Shown: in pieces, positions 49,923 through 60,254 of the stretch
How positions within the stretch are numbered: position 1 is the stretch's first letter
Layout: each line of letters starts with the position of its first letter
From: a virus
Reading direction: 5' to 3' (one strand)
IMG/VR virus record: IMGVR_UViG_3300007352_000013
Location: 65,436 to 129,435 of that record
Length of the DNA: 64,000 bases
The notes under the pieces: model-generated
Databases searched by the model: none
Told to the model about the DNA's origin: nothing
Seen by the model: only the letters and a program-made list of their open reading frames with translations
Program-made: the position numbers and the translations under genes

Positions 49923-52900
49923 TTACCCCAAAGCATTCTTAGCATTACTGAATGCAAGAGCGGCGTCCGTACTTCCTGCCGATCTTTCTAATTCACTCAA
50001 AACATCAAATATAACACTTTTAGCTATATCTCTTGCAACAACCTGAAGTCTATCGCCTATACCATCTATTTCATCTGGAATACCAGTGATATTTACATTA
50101 ACTTGTTGAACCGCATCCAAAGTTAAATTAACACCTTTTGCCAAAGCATCTTCTGTTTTAGATAATTGATTAGAAAGATTAGAAATATTGGTATTTGCAT
50201 CTGCTAATACTTCAGAATTCTTATTTGTTGCTTCTTGCACATCATTAAGTCCATCTATTTTCACTTCTTGCGTCTTATCTTTTGAAACTATCTGTTCTTG
50301 GTTTTCTGTTTGCGTTTGAACAGCAGCAACTAATTCTGATATTTTTTCGCTTATAGTTTTTATAAAATCACTGGACGGAACATCTTGAGTGGCCTGTACC
50401 ACAGCATTACCTATGTTGTCTGGCGAAACTTTTGACTGATCAATAAATGATTGCAAATTAGTTATTACAGAACCAAATAAATCAGAAAAAGTAATCAACG
50501 AAGCAGAGGCCGAATCTAAGTTTATAGCAGATGACTGTAAATTTGTAATATCTAATGGTTGTCCCAATTGTTCCACCGGATTCAACGGAATTTGTGGAGT
50601 ATTATTAATTGGTGATAAAAATTGTTTTGCTTCTGGAGACAAATTAATAATTAATTTCGATTGTGTCTCTTGATCTAATGTTAATTTAAGATTTTTTTGA
50701 ATATCTTCTACTGAAGTTCCAAGAAAAGCCAACGGATTTGTTGCTATATTTGGATTATTAACATTATTTACTGCTATTTGAGCTATTGTATTTTTTATAG
50801 CTTCGGTAAATTGGCCCTGATCAAATGGTGCTCTAGATACATTGGCTGCATCATCTAAAAATTGTGTTCCCAAAATAGAATCAGATACAAATTTTGAAAA
50901 TAATCCTATTGCAGTTCCTGCATCGACTATATTTTGAGAAAAATTTCTTTGATTTTCTAATTGACTTTGGAAAATATCTTGAACTTCATTTTTCAATAAA
51001 TTGGATTCTGTTGTATTAGTTTGTGGTAAAAACCTAATATTTGATTCATTTTGTTGTAAGTTGCTGAAACCCTTTATTATAGTGGCTTCAAATTTATCGA
51101 CACTTTTACTAAATTTTACATTAGCTGATTCAAATATCCTACTTGATTCTGTCGCTGCATCTAATTCTGTTAGCTTTGCTGCAACACCAGATATTTCTTT
51201 TATTGTATCTAATTGATCTTTAACCTGTTTGGCCTGAAGTGTATCTACATCATCCCCTCCTATTTTTGAAGCAGCTATATCAGATATTTTTCCAACTTCT
51301 GCAAATGCCTTTTTAATTTCTCTTACTTTAATAGACGCTTCTGTAAATTGATCTGTTAATTGGCCAATATTAGATGCATTTTCTTTAGTGGCTTGTCTTA
51401 ATTCTGCTTCTAATTTATTTCTTTCTTCAATTGCCGGAGCTAATTCTTGAAAAAGTAATTTAGAAATAACTAAGCCCTGATCTATTCTGCTTATAGCATC
51501 TTGTGCTTCATCTATATTATCAGACACCCTTAGTCCAGTTATTCCCAACCCCTCTAACGTATCACTTAATGATTGCAATATAGTTGCCGGTCTAACAGAT
51601 TCAGATGTTATTATTTGTGCTTCTAAATCTCTTGCTTTGTTTTGTGCATTGGATAATCTTAATTGTGCTTCTATTAAACCCTGAACCTGTTCTACAACTT
51701 GATTACTAACATCACCAAATCCACCAAGTGCATTTTTTATAATATTCTTTAATTTATCTGGATCTATACCAATTTGACTGTTTATTAAGGATTGTTCTAT
51801 TTCCGATGATATTAAACCAGCAGACGATCTTATGGCATCCTGTGCCTCTGGCGGTAAACCTTCTGATTTAGATAAGAATTCATTAACAAAATTATTTATT
51901 ATATCAGAAGCAGAAATTCCACCTATACCAACTTGTTTTTCTATATCGCCTAAAGAAATTATTAAAGAATTTGTGAAATCCGATATAGCCCTTTGGGTTA
52001 CAAGAATTTTTTGTGTTGCCGTATCTAATGTATCAAATCCTGTACCCAAATCCAAATTACCAGATTCTATAGATCTCCTAACAGCTTCTGGAGTAACCGT
52101 AGTAGATATTTGTGGTGTTTCTATTTTTCCTATTGTTGAAGTTAAACTATCAAAAGAAGATATTGATGAATCTATTGATTCTACTGTTTTACTAATAACA
52201 TTTGATAATCTTGTTAATTCTGACCCCAATGCTTGTGGCAATATTATACTTCTTAAATTTTCGGCTATTCTTTTTGTTGAATCTACAATTAATTTTTCGG
52301 CAGCATCTCTTTCGGCTTGCAGTCTCAGATCCGGTATTACCTTAAATCCACCAATAGATTGTATAATTCTTTCTCTTATTTTAACAGATAAAGCCTTTAC
52401 ATCTATTATATTACTAAATGGCTCTAAAGTTTTTTCTATTTTACCTTCTAATCCGGACTGAAAATTTGTTCCAAATTCTGTTATAGATTCTTTTACTATA
52501 TCGGACAATAATTTTGGATTATCTCCTATTATTTGTTTTATTATTTTATCTGCATCAGAATTTGTTATAGTAACATTACCTTTTATTTCATTTGATAAAT
52601 CTAATCCTAAACCTTTGGATATATCTCCGGTAAAAATTGATTTTAGTCTTTCTGAAAATGTTTTAGCGACACCCTTAAATGTATTTGGATCAAATTCATC
52701 AGCAATAGAAGAAAATGTAGATGCTAGTGGACCGGTTATTTTAGAAATAGCATTCTCTAAACCGAATTTATCTCCAGATTGTATATCTACATTTAATGAA
52801 TTTATTTCTTTTTCTGCTTTAGAAACTAATTCGTCTATATTTACAGACGTTTGACTTGTTATAGCATTAACAGCACCTATTCCTAATGCGCTGATACCAA

Positions 52901-54683
52901 GTAGTTTTCCGCCTAAAGCACCAAGACCTTTAAATAATCCGGTAATAGATTGACCAGTTAAAATTGATGCAAGACCCAAAAGTGTTGTTGCTGTTTGTAA
53001 AGCACCAGATCCTAATTTTACTATACTGTTGTCTGTTTTTTCAAAACTATCAGATAATTTACCAGCTATTAAATTTAATCCTAACAACGCTCCTAATTGA
53101 CCAATTTGTGAACCAATTATAGCTCCTGCACCAGAAACAGTTCTTGCGCCAGCACCTCCTACTGGAATAACATTTTGTCCAGGTCCAGCAACAGATCTTG
53201 CGCCATTACCAAAAAATCCGCCAAGTTGTGGAAGACCACCAAGACTTATAGAAGATAAGGATGTAGCCAATCCCTTAACAGCAGACGCAGCAACTCCAAA
53301 TACTTTAAGTCCAGCAGCAATACTAATTAATTGAACAAATAATGGTAATACTGGTTTTATAGCATCTAATACAGTTACTAATGCATTACCTAATGTTAAA
53401 GCACCTTCTATAAATGGTACGAAAATTGGTTCTGCTAAAGACTGTGCTAATTCATTAAATCTAGCAACTAATAAATCTATCTGTGTACTTATTTTTTCTA
53501 GACCTTTAGCAGCACTCTCCGATACGGCACCAGCAGACGCCCTAGAAACCGCTAAAACATTTTGTGTTAAATCTGGATTTTGTAATCCTGCGAATACTCT
53601 ACCTATATTTCTTAAGCCGCCTAACTGTGTACCTATTGCAGCCTGTTGTTCTTTACTTGATTGATTAAATACTTCTCCTACATTTTTAAATATATCTATA
53701 AGACCAAGAAGTTCACCCTTTTGATCCCTAACAGACACACCTATACTTTCTAAAAATGTTAGTGTTGCTGGTTGTGCTAGTCTTGTACTAATAGTCTTTA
53801 ATGATGTCGCAATAGCTTCAGCACTTTCTCTGGTAGTAGCCCTTATTGTAGTAAAAATAGCCAAAAATTCATCAAGATCTCCACCCAATGCAGAAAATGT
53901 ACCACCAGCACGTCTCAAACCTTCAATTAAGTCGGCAGATTCAACGGCGAATCTATCTGCTACTCTAGTTAATTTATCAAGAACATCTATTGGTTCTAAT
54001 CCGGCTTTACCAAATTGACTTAATGAAGCTATTATACCTTCTGTAGCCTGATTTATATCTTTGAATGTTGGCAGTAATGGAACTTTTGATAATGGCTCTA
54101 AGAATTTAGCAAAATCTTGTGGTCCACTAAGAAAACCGGCTTGAGCTAAGGTTAGTGCCGATTCAGATATTTGTTTTATAGATGTTCCTGTATCTACAGA
54201 CAATCTTATTATTTCTTTTCTAAGAGCATCTATATCTTCTTGCGGCTGTCTTAAAACTTGACTCAATTTTATCATAGCCGCATCTAATTCTATGATAGAT
54301 TGTGTAGCCTGTCCTATAACAGCAAGACCAGCAAATGGAATAGCGGTTGCTATAACGAATGCAGAATATCTGGCACCTGCTAATGCCACTCTATTTGCGT
54401 AGTTGTCGAATAAACTAGCACCACTACGAATAGCAGCATTGCTAGCAGTAGTTGTGGCTACTGATTTTATTTGTGCAGAACTGACATTATTTAATGCTAC
54501 TGCGGCGGTTGCGGCAGCTTTTGCTGTAGAACCTAATGCAGCATTTGTTTGGTTAACACCCTGTGCTCCAACATTAACCTGTGCAGAAGAACCGGCAACT
54601 GAAGATAGTTGTTGTTTAACATTATTTAAACCAAGTATTTCCTGTATTTGTAAGTTAACATCAAGAACAAATGGTTGTGCCAT
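49923..54683 (-). CDS. Tail tape measure protein (TP901-like core)
   Basis: 1586 aa, Ala/Gly/Ser-rich and helical; DKLTRVADRFAV, RESAEAIATSLKTI motifs. Confidence 0.88.
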   Translation of the reverse strand: MAQPFVLDVNLQIQEILGLNNVKQQLSSVAGSSAQVNVGAQGVNQTNAALGSTAKAAATAAVALNNVSSAQIKSVATTTASNAAIRSGASLFDNYANRVALAGARYSAFVIATAIPFAGLAVIGQATQSIIELDAAMIKLSQVLRQPQEDIDALRKEIIRLSVDTGTSIKQISESALTLAQAGFLSGPQDFAKFLEPLSKVPLLPTFKDINQATEGIIASLSQFGKAGLEPIDVLDKLTRVADRFAVESADLIEGLRRAGGTFSALGGDLDEFLAIFTTIRATTRESAEAIATSLKTISTRLAQPATLTFLESIGVSVRDQKGELLGLIDIFKNVGEVFNQSSKEQQAAIGTQLGGLRNIGRVFAGLQNPDLTQNVLAVSRASAGAVSESAAKGLEKISTQIDLLVARFNELAQSLAEPIFVPFIEGALTLGNALVTVLDAIKPVLPLFVQLISIAAGLKVFGVAASAVKGLATSLSSISLGGLPQLGGFFGNGARSVAGPGQNVIPVGGAGARTVSGAGAIIGSQIGQLGALLGLNLIAGKLSDSFEKTDNSIVKLGSGALQTATTLLGLASILTGQSITGLFKGLGALGGKLLGISALGIGAVNAITSQTSVNIDELVSKAEKEINSLNVDIQSGDKFGLENAISKITGPLASTFSSIADEFDPNTFKGVAKTFSERLKSIFTGDISKGLGLDLSNEIKGNVTITNSDADKIIKQIIGDNPKLLSDIVKESITEFGTNFQSGLEGKIEKTLEPFSNIIDVKALSVKIRERIIQSIGGFKVIPDLRLQAERDAAEKLIVDSTKRIAENLRSIILPQALGSELTRLSNVISKTVESIDSSISSFDSLTSTIGKIETPQISTTVTPEAVRRSIESGNLDLGTGFDTLDTATQKILVTQRAISDFTNSLIISLGDIEKQVGIGGISASDIINNFVNEFLSKSEGLPPEAQDAIRSSAGLISSEIEQSLINSQIGIDPDKLKNIIKNALGGFGDVSNQVVEQVQGLIEAQLRLSNAQNKARDLEAQIITSESVRPATILQSLSDTLEGLGITGLRVSDNIDEAQDAISRIDQGLVISKLLFQELAPAIEERNKLEAELRQATKENASNIGQLTDQFTEASIKVREIKKAFAEVGKISDIAASKIGGDDVDTLQAKQVKDQLDTIKEISGVAAKLTELDAATESSRIFESANVKFSKSVDKFEATIIKGFSNLQQNESNIRFLPQTNTTESNLLKNEVQDIFQSQLENQRNFSQNIVDAGTAIGLFSKFVSDSILGTQFLDDAANVSRAPFDQGQFTEAIKNTIAQIAVNNVNNPNIATNPLAFLGTSVEDIQKNLKLTLDQETQSKLIINLSPEAKQFLSPINNTPQIPLNPVEQLGQPLDITNLQSSAINLDSASASLITFSDLFGSVITNLQSFIDQSKVSPDNIGNAVVQATQDVPSSDFIKTISEKISELVAAVQTQTENQEQIVSKDKTQEVKIDGLNDVQEATNKNSEVLADANTNISNLSNQLSKTEDALAKGVNLTLDAVQQVNVNITGIPDEIDGIGDRLQVVARDIAKSVIFDVLSELERSAGSTDAALAFSNAKNALG

Positions 54684-54693
54684 AACGATACCT

Positions 54694-55518
54694 CTAAATT
54701 TCTATTTGTTCGCCGGTTTCATCATCTATAAATGGTTTTGGTTCAATAATATAAAAGTCACCATTTTTATCTATCAAATTACCATTTTTATCTATTAAAT
54801 CACCATTTTCATTTATATATCTATTTTCTTCATTAATTCTACGGCCATCCTTGTCGGTGAACTCGCCTTTGCTATTTATATATCTTCCCATATCGTCAAC
54901 AAATCCTGCTTTTTTCAACCATTGAATTTCAAATAAATTAGACTTTATATCATCTTGTAATCCATACAACATTTTAGCAAGTATTGTTGCGCCACCTATA
55001 GCAGCGGGTTCCGAACTTTTATCAATATAATCATCCAAACTTTTAAAATATGGTTCATTGGTAGGATCTATTAATATACATTTACTTGCAAGAAAATTAA
55101 ATCTATGATTTTCTGCAACAGATTCTACGGTCAAAGAATCATATTGCTGTCTCTTATTATATAATTTAATCATATTGTTTCTTAATTCTGACATTTTTAT
55201 TGCCAATTGTTTACCTTCTGATTTTTTTAATCCCCCTTTTTTAAGCATCAATTCACACGCCCTAATTTCAAGACCTAATTTTTCCATAGTGAGTGCATCA
55301 TCTTTTGTCCATATGCCCAATTTATTCAAATGAGATTCTAATTCTGATCTCATCAATAATCTTTCATCTGTTTTCATAGCTTGTCTAATTAATGATGACA
55401 TTTTATAATTATATTGGAGATTGGCGTCTTGTATAATCTTATGATTTGGATACATTACAACAAGACATATATCGTTACCATTATCATTACAAGAAAATTT
55501 TTCCTTAATTTGTTCCAT
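54694..55518 (-). CDS. Tail assembly chaperone-like protein with C-terminal DxNG repeats
   Basis: Directly upstream of the tape measure; ...INENGDLIDKNGNLIDKNGDF. Confidence 0.45.
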   Translation of the reverse strand: MEQIKEKFSCNDNGNDICLVVMYPNHKIIQDANLQYNYKMSSLIRQAMKTDERLLMRSELESHLNKLGIWTKDDALTMEKLGLEIRACELMLKKGGLKKSEGKQLAIKMSELRNNMIKLYNKRQQYDSLTVESVAENHRFNFLASKCILIDPTNEPYFKSLDDYIDKSSEPAAIGGATILAKMLYGLQDDIKSNLFEIQWLKKAGFVDDMGRYINSKGEFTDKDGRRINEENRYINENGDLIDKNGNLIDKNGDFYIIEPKPFIDDETGEQIEI

Positions 55519-55894
55519 TTTTATCTCCTTTATTTCCGACGAAAGTTATAGTATATCCTTTAAAATCAATATTATGCAAATCAATTTCAGATTCAAAACC
55601 CCTTAATTGATTATTTCCTTTATCTAGAATATCTCTTCTTACCTGTTCCCATCTTACTCTATTAGCCCTCTGCACATCTGTTAATTTTTCGTCTGGCAAT
55701 CCATGACCCCACAATTCTTGACCCCAAACCTTTTCAAATTCTGATATAGCAAAAATAAAACATGTAGTAAACTTTTTCTTTGCTATAGATTTAAGTCTAT
55801 TTTTTATATATTCTAAAAATTTTATTTCTGATTCTCTTTTTTGTATTTTCTTAAGATTATATAATTTTTCAGCAGAATTATTTTCCTCTACCAT
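55505..55894 (-). CDS. Hypothetical tail-region protein
   Basis: Coupled ORF. Confidence 0.55.
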   Translation of the reverse strand: MVEENNSAEKLYNLKKIQKRESEIKFLEYIKNRLKSIAKKKFTTCFIFAISEFEKVWGQELWGHGLPDEKLTDVQRANRVRWEQVRRDILDKGNNQLRGFESEIDLHNIDFKGYTITFVGNKGDKNGTN

Positions 55895-56973
55895 TATTTT
55901 TTTCCTTTCGCAATAGATTGCTTACTAAATTGTATCCTGATTTCTTCTTTACCTTCTGGGGTATCCTGTTCTTTTATTTCACCTTTTTCTGTTAATATTT
56001 TTTGTTTTGCTTTTATTTTTATTCTAGAAGATGCATCGTTCATACTATATACATCTTTGGAAGATGCGTTGTCTGTAACAATAAATGTTTCTTTTCTTCC
56101 CGGCTTATTATTGTCATTAATAATATTATTTATATTATTTTTATTAGATTGAGCCTCCATTTTATCTGATTGTCTAATAAACCAAGAATCCAATAGGTCG
56201 TCGTCGTCTATTATTTTGTTTGATGGTCTATCTGATGATTCTGATATATTATCATAAACTTTAGACCAATATACCAAACCCCTCTGATTGTCTGTCCACT
56301 GCATTGGCGGTATATCAAATATATTCATTTCTTTACTTGTTGTCCATATCATTTTCCAATAATTAGATCTTGCTAAGAACCTCAATGTTTTAGAACCAAT
56401 TCTTGATTCTTCAAAAAATAATCTACACAACCTATTTATTAACGACAAATCTTGATAATTTTCAAAATCAAAATCATTTTGCCATAATGGTTTATCGTCT
56501 AACGTATAAACTATTTTAGATATTAGATATCTTTGTTGTTGCATTATACTGTAATTTTCTGCACTATTTATCATTAACTTATTTTTTTCGTCTATTAACT
56601 TATAAAGTGTTTTTTCCGCTTTTCTAAGCATAAGTCTTGCTTGTTCAAGTTTTTTGTTATTTAATATGAAATCAAGTAATCCCTTCGTTATCTTATGTAT
56701 ATCATCTTTTATGGATTCTATTTTTATATTATTTTCTACAGACCATTGGCCAGTTTCCACGAGCCAACACATCAATTCCTTTTCGGTTAGAATATCCATT
56801 ATAATAGCATTATTATATTCGTTTTCATAAATAAAAGTAGAGTTGGCTTTATTTATATCGGTTGGTGGATAAAGTAGTAATTTAATTATAGAATTATCTA
56901 TTAATTTTTGTTCTGTAAGTATTTTACCACAAGATATTTTATAAATCATTCTTTCTACTTGAAATGAATCCAT
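55894..56973 (-). CDS. Hypothetical tail-region protein (possible chaperone)
   Basis: Helical; DDDDLLDSWFI motif; preceded by a GTGTATAA box. Confidence 0.55.
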   Translation of the reverse strand: MDSFQVERMIYKISCGKILTEQKLIDNSIIKLLLYPPTDINKANSTFIYENEYNNAIIMDILTEKELMCWLVETGQWSVENNIKIESIKDDIHKITKGLLDFILNNKKLEQARLMLRKAEKTLYKLIDEKNKLMINSAENYSIMQQQRYLISKIVYTLDDKPLWQNDFDFENYQDLSLINRLCRLFFEESRIGSKTLRFLARSNYWKMIWTTSKEMNIFDIPPMQWTDNQRGLVYWSKVYDNISESSDRPSNKIIDDDDLLDSWFIRQSDKMEAQSNKNNINNIINDNNKPGRKETFIVTDNASSKDVYSMNDASSRIKIKAKQKILTEKGEIKEQDTPEGKEEIRIQFSKQSIAKGKK

Positions 56974-57046
56974 ATTTTATTCCCAACACAATAAAAGTGC
57001 CGAAAATCCTAAAGCTATCCTATTTAGATTTATACACAATTAAAAT

Positions 57047-57100
57047 ACCCCCCGTTATTTTAGCTTATCTTAGGTGGTCTAAGATAGAGGCTCGGAGGGT
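57047..57100 (-). ncRNA. Candidate structured RNA or long hairpin
   Basis: ACCCUCCG/CGGGGGGU, AGC/GCU and UAUCUUAG/CUAAGAUA nested stems in an intergenic gap. Confidence 0.4.
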
Positions 57101-57128
57101 CTACTGACTTTTTATATACAATATGTTA

Positions 57129-57431
57129 TTATTCTATTATTTTATATTCTTTTTTATTTATTATTTCAACCTTTTTAATTAATGATAATTTTTCCTCGAA
57201 ACAATCGTCACAAATACAGGCTATGTATTTATAATTTTCATGATCAAGAAGATTCTCTATTTGATCATATCTTGAGCCATATCCAAAACCTATTTCCGCT
57301 GTCCCACCCTCTATATTTGGATGCACCCCTGAATTATCATACTTATCATCGTCAGAACATAAACAAATATTTATTAACCGCTTACCGCATATTATACAAA
57401 ACCAATCGTTATTCCATAAAGTTTTTTTCAT
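57129..57431 (-). CDS. Hypothetical Zn-binding protein
   Basis: CIICG...CICDDC. Confidence 0.55.
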   Translation of the reverse strand: MKKTLWNNDWFCIICGKRLINICLCSDDDKYDNSGVHPNIEGGTAEIGFGYGSRYDQIENLLDHENYKYIACICDDCFEEKLSLIKKVEIINKKEYKIIE

Positions 57432-58052
57432 CTATCTTTTCCTTTTAATCGGTTTAGTCAAAGATTTTTCTATACTCCAATTTAATTTAGATAATCTTAA
57501 CCATAAAATTTTTGGACTTATATTATACTCTTCTGCCCAAGCTGATAAACATTGTATTCTACCATTGTAACATATTAATCTATTATGTCTAGTATTTCTT
57601 GCTTGTTCAACTCTAGTAGCCCATTTACAATTATTCAATTCATAATTACCGTCATTGTTTATTCTTTCTAGAGTCATTCCGTTTTTAGGGATACCAATAT
57701 CTTTAAGAAAATTTTCAAATTTTAGCCATCGTTCGCAAACTTTGATTCCTCTTCCTCCATAATTTTTATAATCTTTATTGTTCTGATTTGTGCATCTTTG
57801 AATCATAGTATACCAAATATTATTAATATTAGTCTTTGAATGTCCGTGAGTTGTAAAGTTTATCTTGCAATTGTTAATTCTAGTTTCGGTGTTTAGACAT
57901 CCACAGCTTTTAGTATGGCCATTTCTAAGACTATCTTGCCTAACCAAAATGTAATTTCCACAATCGCATTTACATAACCATTTTACTCTATTATTATTTA
58001 TTCGTTCTATGGGCGTTAATCTACTAAATCTTTGTCCTGTTAAGTTTAACAT
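57432..58052 (-). CDS. HNH homing endonuclease
   Basis: LTGQRFSRL, CKCDCG, TKSCGC, YGGRGIKVCERW and TLERINNDGNY motifs; third paralog. Confidence 0.85.
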   Translation of the reverse strand: MLNLTGQRFSRLTPIERINNNRVKWLCKCDCGNYILVRQDSLRNGHTKSCGCLNTETRINNCKINFTTHGHSKTNINNIWYTMIQRCTNQNNKDYKNYGGRGIKVCERWLKFENFLKDIGIPKNGMTLERINNDGNYELNNCKWATRVEQARNTRHNRLICYNGRIQCLSAWAEEYNISPKILWLRLSKLNWSIEKSLTKPIKRKR

Positions 58053-58053
58053 G

Positions 58054-58233
58054 TCAAGTGGCTATTTTCGATATATGTGGCGGTTTTTTCATCGGAGGAA
58101 ATTGTTCATAAATTTCTCTTTTTGATAGTTTTCCTAATTGCCTTAACCATTTATCTTCAGATTCTGGACTCCAAGGATTTGGCGAATTTATTGATTCTAA
58201 TATATTTTTGTCTATTTTAGTTTTCTTTTTCAT
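58054..58233 (-). CDS. Small hypothetical protein (59 aa)
   Basis: MKKKTKIDKNILESINSPNPWSPESEDKW...; ATGA overlap with the upstream gene; not in the track. Confidence 0.45.
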   Translation of the reverse strand: MKKKTKIDKNILESINSPNPWSPESEDKWLRQLGKLSKREIYEQFPPMKKPPHISKIAT

Positions 58234-58535
58234 TTACAATTCTCTCTATAATTTCTCCAAACTTCTTTTCTAAATTCTTTATCAGAAATAAATGATAAAG
58301 CATCTCTTAGCGCCATTTTTCTTCCGGTAGATTTACTAAAATTATCTGGGGGTCTACATACAGACACCCCTATAGATACTTCATTATCATTTCTAATTAT
58401 TTTTGCCGCAGTACACCTTCTACCATATTCGTCATGTATTTTGAATCCTTCAAAAAGCATATCTTCTTCTGATACGGTATCGTAAAAAAATACTATTTCT
58501 ACTTTTTCATTATTGTATTCGAATCTAATTGCCAT
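58230..58535 (-). CDS. Hypothetical phage protein
   Basis: CTAAKI...GVSVCRPPDNFSKSTGRKMAL motif. Confidence 0.6.
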   Translation of the reverse strand: MAIRFEYNNEKVEIVFFYDTVSEEDMLFEGFKIHDEYGRRCTAAKIIRNDNEVSIGVSVCRPPDNFSKSTGRKMALRDALSFISDKEFRKEVWRNYRENCK

Positions 58536-58857
58536 TTCCTTCCTCCATAATTCCTGTAACAAGCCATTTTAAATGTTTAGGATTAATATCTTCAAAACTC
58601 AAATTTAATGATTGACAAACGATATCAATCCATTCACCAGATGTTTTATCATCATACCCCATCTTTTTTAATACAGGAATGACAGGGGTTATTAATGTTT
58701 CATCGGATGAAAAGCCTCTTTCGTTTATTGATATTAACAGACTCGTATCTATACCATTCTCTATAGCCTTTGATAATGTTTTTTTTGCAGCTTCAAAAAA
58801 ATCTTCTGCATCAACAATATTATTAAAGCTTGCGGTGGTGCAATAGAATTTAGGCAT
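58525..58857 (-). CDS. Hypothetical protein
   Basis: Overlapping ORF. Confidence 0.55.
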   Translation of the reverse strand: MPKFYCTTASFNNIVDAEDFFEAAKKTLSKAIENGIDTSLLISINERGFSSDETLITPVIPVLKKMGYDDKTSGEWIDIVCQSLNLSFEDINPKHLKWLVTGIMEEGNGN

Positions 58858-59383
58858 ATGTAAATACCCCCTGTAAGTTGCGATAAAATCCTTTATAATC
58901 TAAACCATAGCCAATTACAAATTCATCCGGTATATTAAACCCGATATAATCTGGTTTTATATCGGTTTTATTTTTATTCAATAAAAGTGCAAATTCTAAA
59001 TTAGCTGGTCCTAAAGCCATTATTGTTTTTTCTATCATATTAATTGTATTACCAGTATCAAGAATATCATCTACCACTATTACATTGGCATTCTTTATAT
59101 TACATGATGATAACTCTTTTAACGGACTACTAATAGACCTAGATTTATACACTCCGTCATAAGTCTTTATTTTGACAGTAAATATTTCTAACTTGGTTTC
59201 AATATTCTTTATTAGATCGAATAGAAATGGGCCAGCCCCATCCATCACACCTATTAATACTAATCTATTCAAATCCGACGTATATTTGTCAGAAATTTCT
59301 TTTCCTATTTCCTTTATCCTGTTATCTATTTCTTCTATAGATATCAATGGTTTTATTCTGTCAGACCACAATTCGTTGAGCAT
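58850..59383 (-). CDS. hpt: Hypoxanthine-guanine phosphoribosyltransferase
   Basis: IDNRIKEIG, LIGVMDGA, VIVVDDILDTGNT PRPP loop and FVIGYGLDY motifs. Confidence 0.9.
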   Translation of the reverse strand: MLNELWSDRIKPLISIEEIDNRIKEIGKEISDKYTSDLNRLVLIGVMDGAGPFLFDLIKNIETKLEIFTVKIKTYDGVYKSRSISSPLKELSSCNIKNANVIVVDDILDTGNTINMIEKTIMALGPANLEFALLLNKNKTDIKPDYIGFNIPDEFVIGYGLDYKGFYRNLQGVFTYA

Positions 59384-59562
59384 GTATGATATTTCCTATC
59401 TAATCTAACCAAACATTGAAATAATTGTTCAAAAGTTTCACCAGTTATATATCCTTGATTCATTTGAAAATGGAAATAAAAAAATAGTTCATTCCAAGCA
59501 GAATCTTGCATGTCCCTTTCTTGATTTTTATATATAACTTTGTCGCAATCAACGCATCTCAT
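59353..59562 (-). CDS. Hypothetical protein
   Basis: AAGGAG SD upstream. Confidence 0.45.
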   Translation of the reverse strand: MRCVDCDKVIYKNQERDMQDSAWNELFFYFHFQMNQGYITGETFEQLFQCLVRLDRKYHTCSTNCGLTE

Positions 59563-59577
59563 ACATCACTCCTTAAA

Positions 59578-59604
59578 TCAGAAATAGCCCACCTTTCGGT
59601 GGGC
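59578..59604 (-). terminator. Intrinsic terminator-like GNRA hairpin
   Basis: GCCCACC-GAAA-GGUGGGC followed by UAUUUCU. Confidence 0.65.
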
Positions 59605-59634
59605 CATCTCTGTGGTTACTTTTGTTTCTTTTAA

Positions 59635-59913
59635 TTATTCGGGTTGCGTTTGTGACGGAACATCAACGCCAAATCCAAAATCAAAAACTCTTGGTTGACG
59701 ATCTTCTAAACGTGCATCGCCACCCAATGTTACAACGCCAAGGGTTACTGAACGATGACCATTTTCTGGATTAACAGAAAAACCACGATATGCATGCGCT
59801 TCTGTTCTCACATCTAGTCTGCCACGACCAACCTTAGCCGTAGTAATTGAAGCACAACCAGCTATACACGAAAGGATTAGACCAACGCCCAAAATACTAA
59901 CGATACGATTCAT
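59635..59913 (-). CDS. Small lipoprotein
   Basis: MNRIVSILGVGLILSCIAGC lipobox; AGGAG SD; start adjusted to ATG 59913. Confidence 0.65.
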   Translation of the reverse strand: MNRIVSILGVGLILSCIAGCASITTAKVGRGRLDVRTEAHAYRGFSVNPENGHRSVTLGVVTLGGDARLEDRQPRVFDFGFGVDVPSQTQPE

Positions 59914-59960
59914 TTTGTTTCTCCTAAAAGTTAAAGTTTCCACCATATTATACCCAATTT

Positions 59961-60254
59961 TTACGATTTTGTTTCTAAATTATTTAAATAATTTGCAATA
60001 ATGTCACAATGACAAGCTTTGGGCTTACAAAAACAACCCAACACTTTACCTTTTAAAGCTAAAATTCTTTCTTTGAAATCCGGATCAGTCTCTAATCTTT
60101 TATAAAAATATTCTCTATAAGGTTCTATAGCAGACCCTCGTATTCCGTTTATTATACGAAATGGGTTCCCGAAATACCCATCTTTACCATGACCGGCACG
60201 ACCGCAATATACATCATACGGTTCTTTCTTAAGGTTTACTACAGTTGTTTTCAT
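59961..60254 (-). CDS. DUF4326-like protein
   Basis: VVNLKKEPYDVYCGR, FGNPF and LGCFCKPKACHCD motifs. Confidence 0.8.
   Translation of the reverse strand: MKTTVVNLKKEPYDVYCGRAGHGKDGYFGNPFRIINGIRGSAIEPYREYFYKRLETDPDFKERILALKGKVLGCFCKPKACHCDIIANYLNNLETKS

Noticed and set aside
54694-56973. Programmed -1 frameshift of tail chaperones
   Set aside because: No convincing slippery site links the frames; the genes have their own coupled starts.
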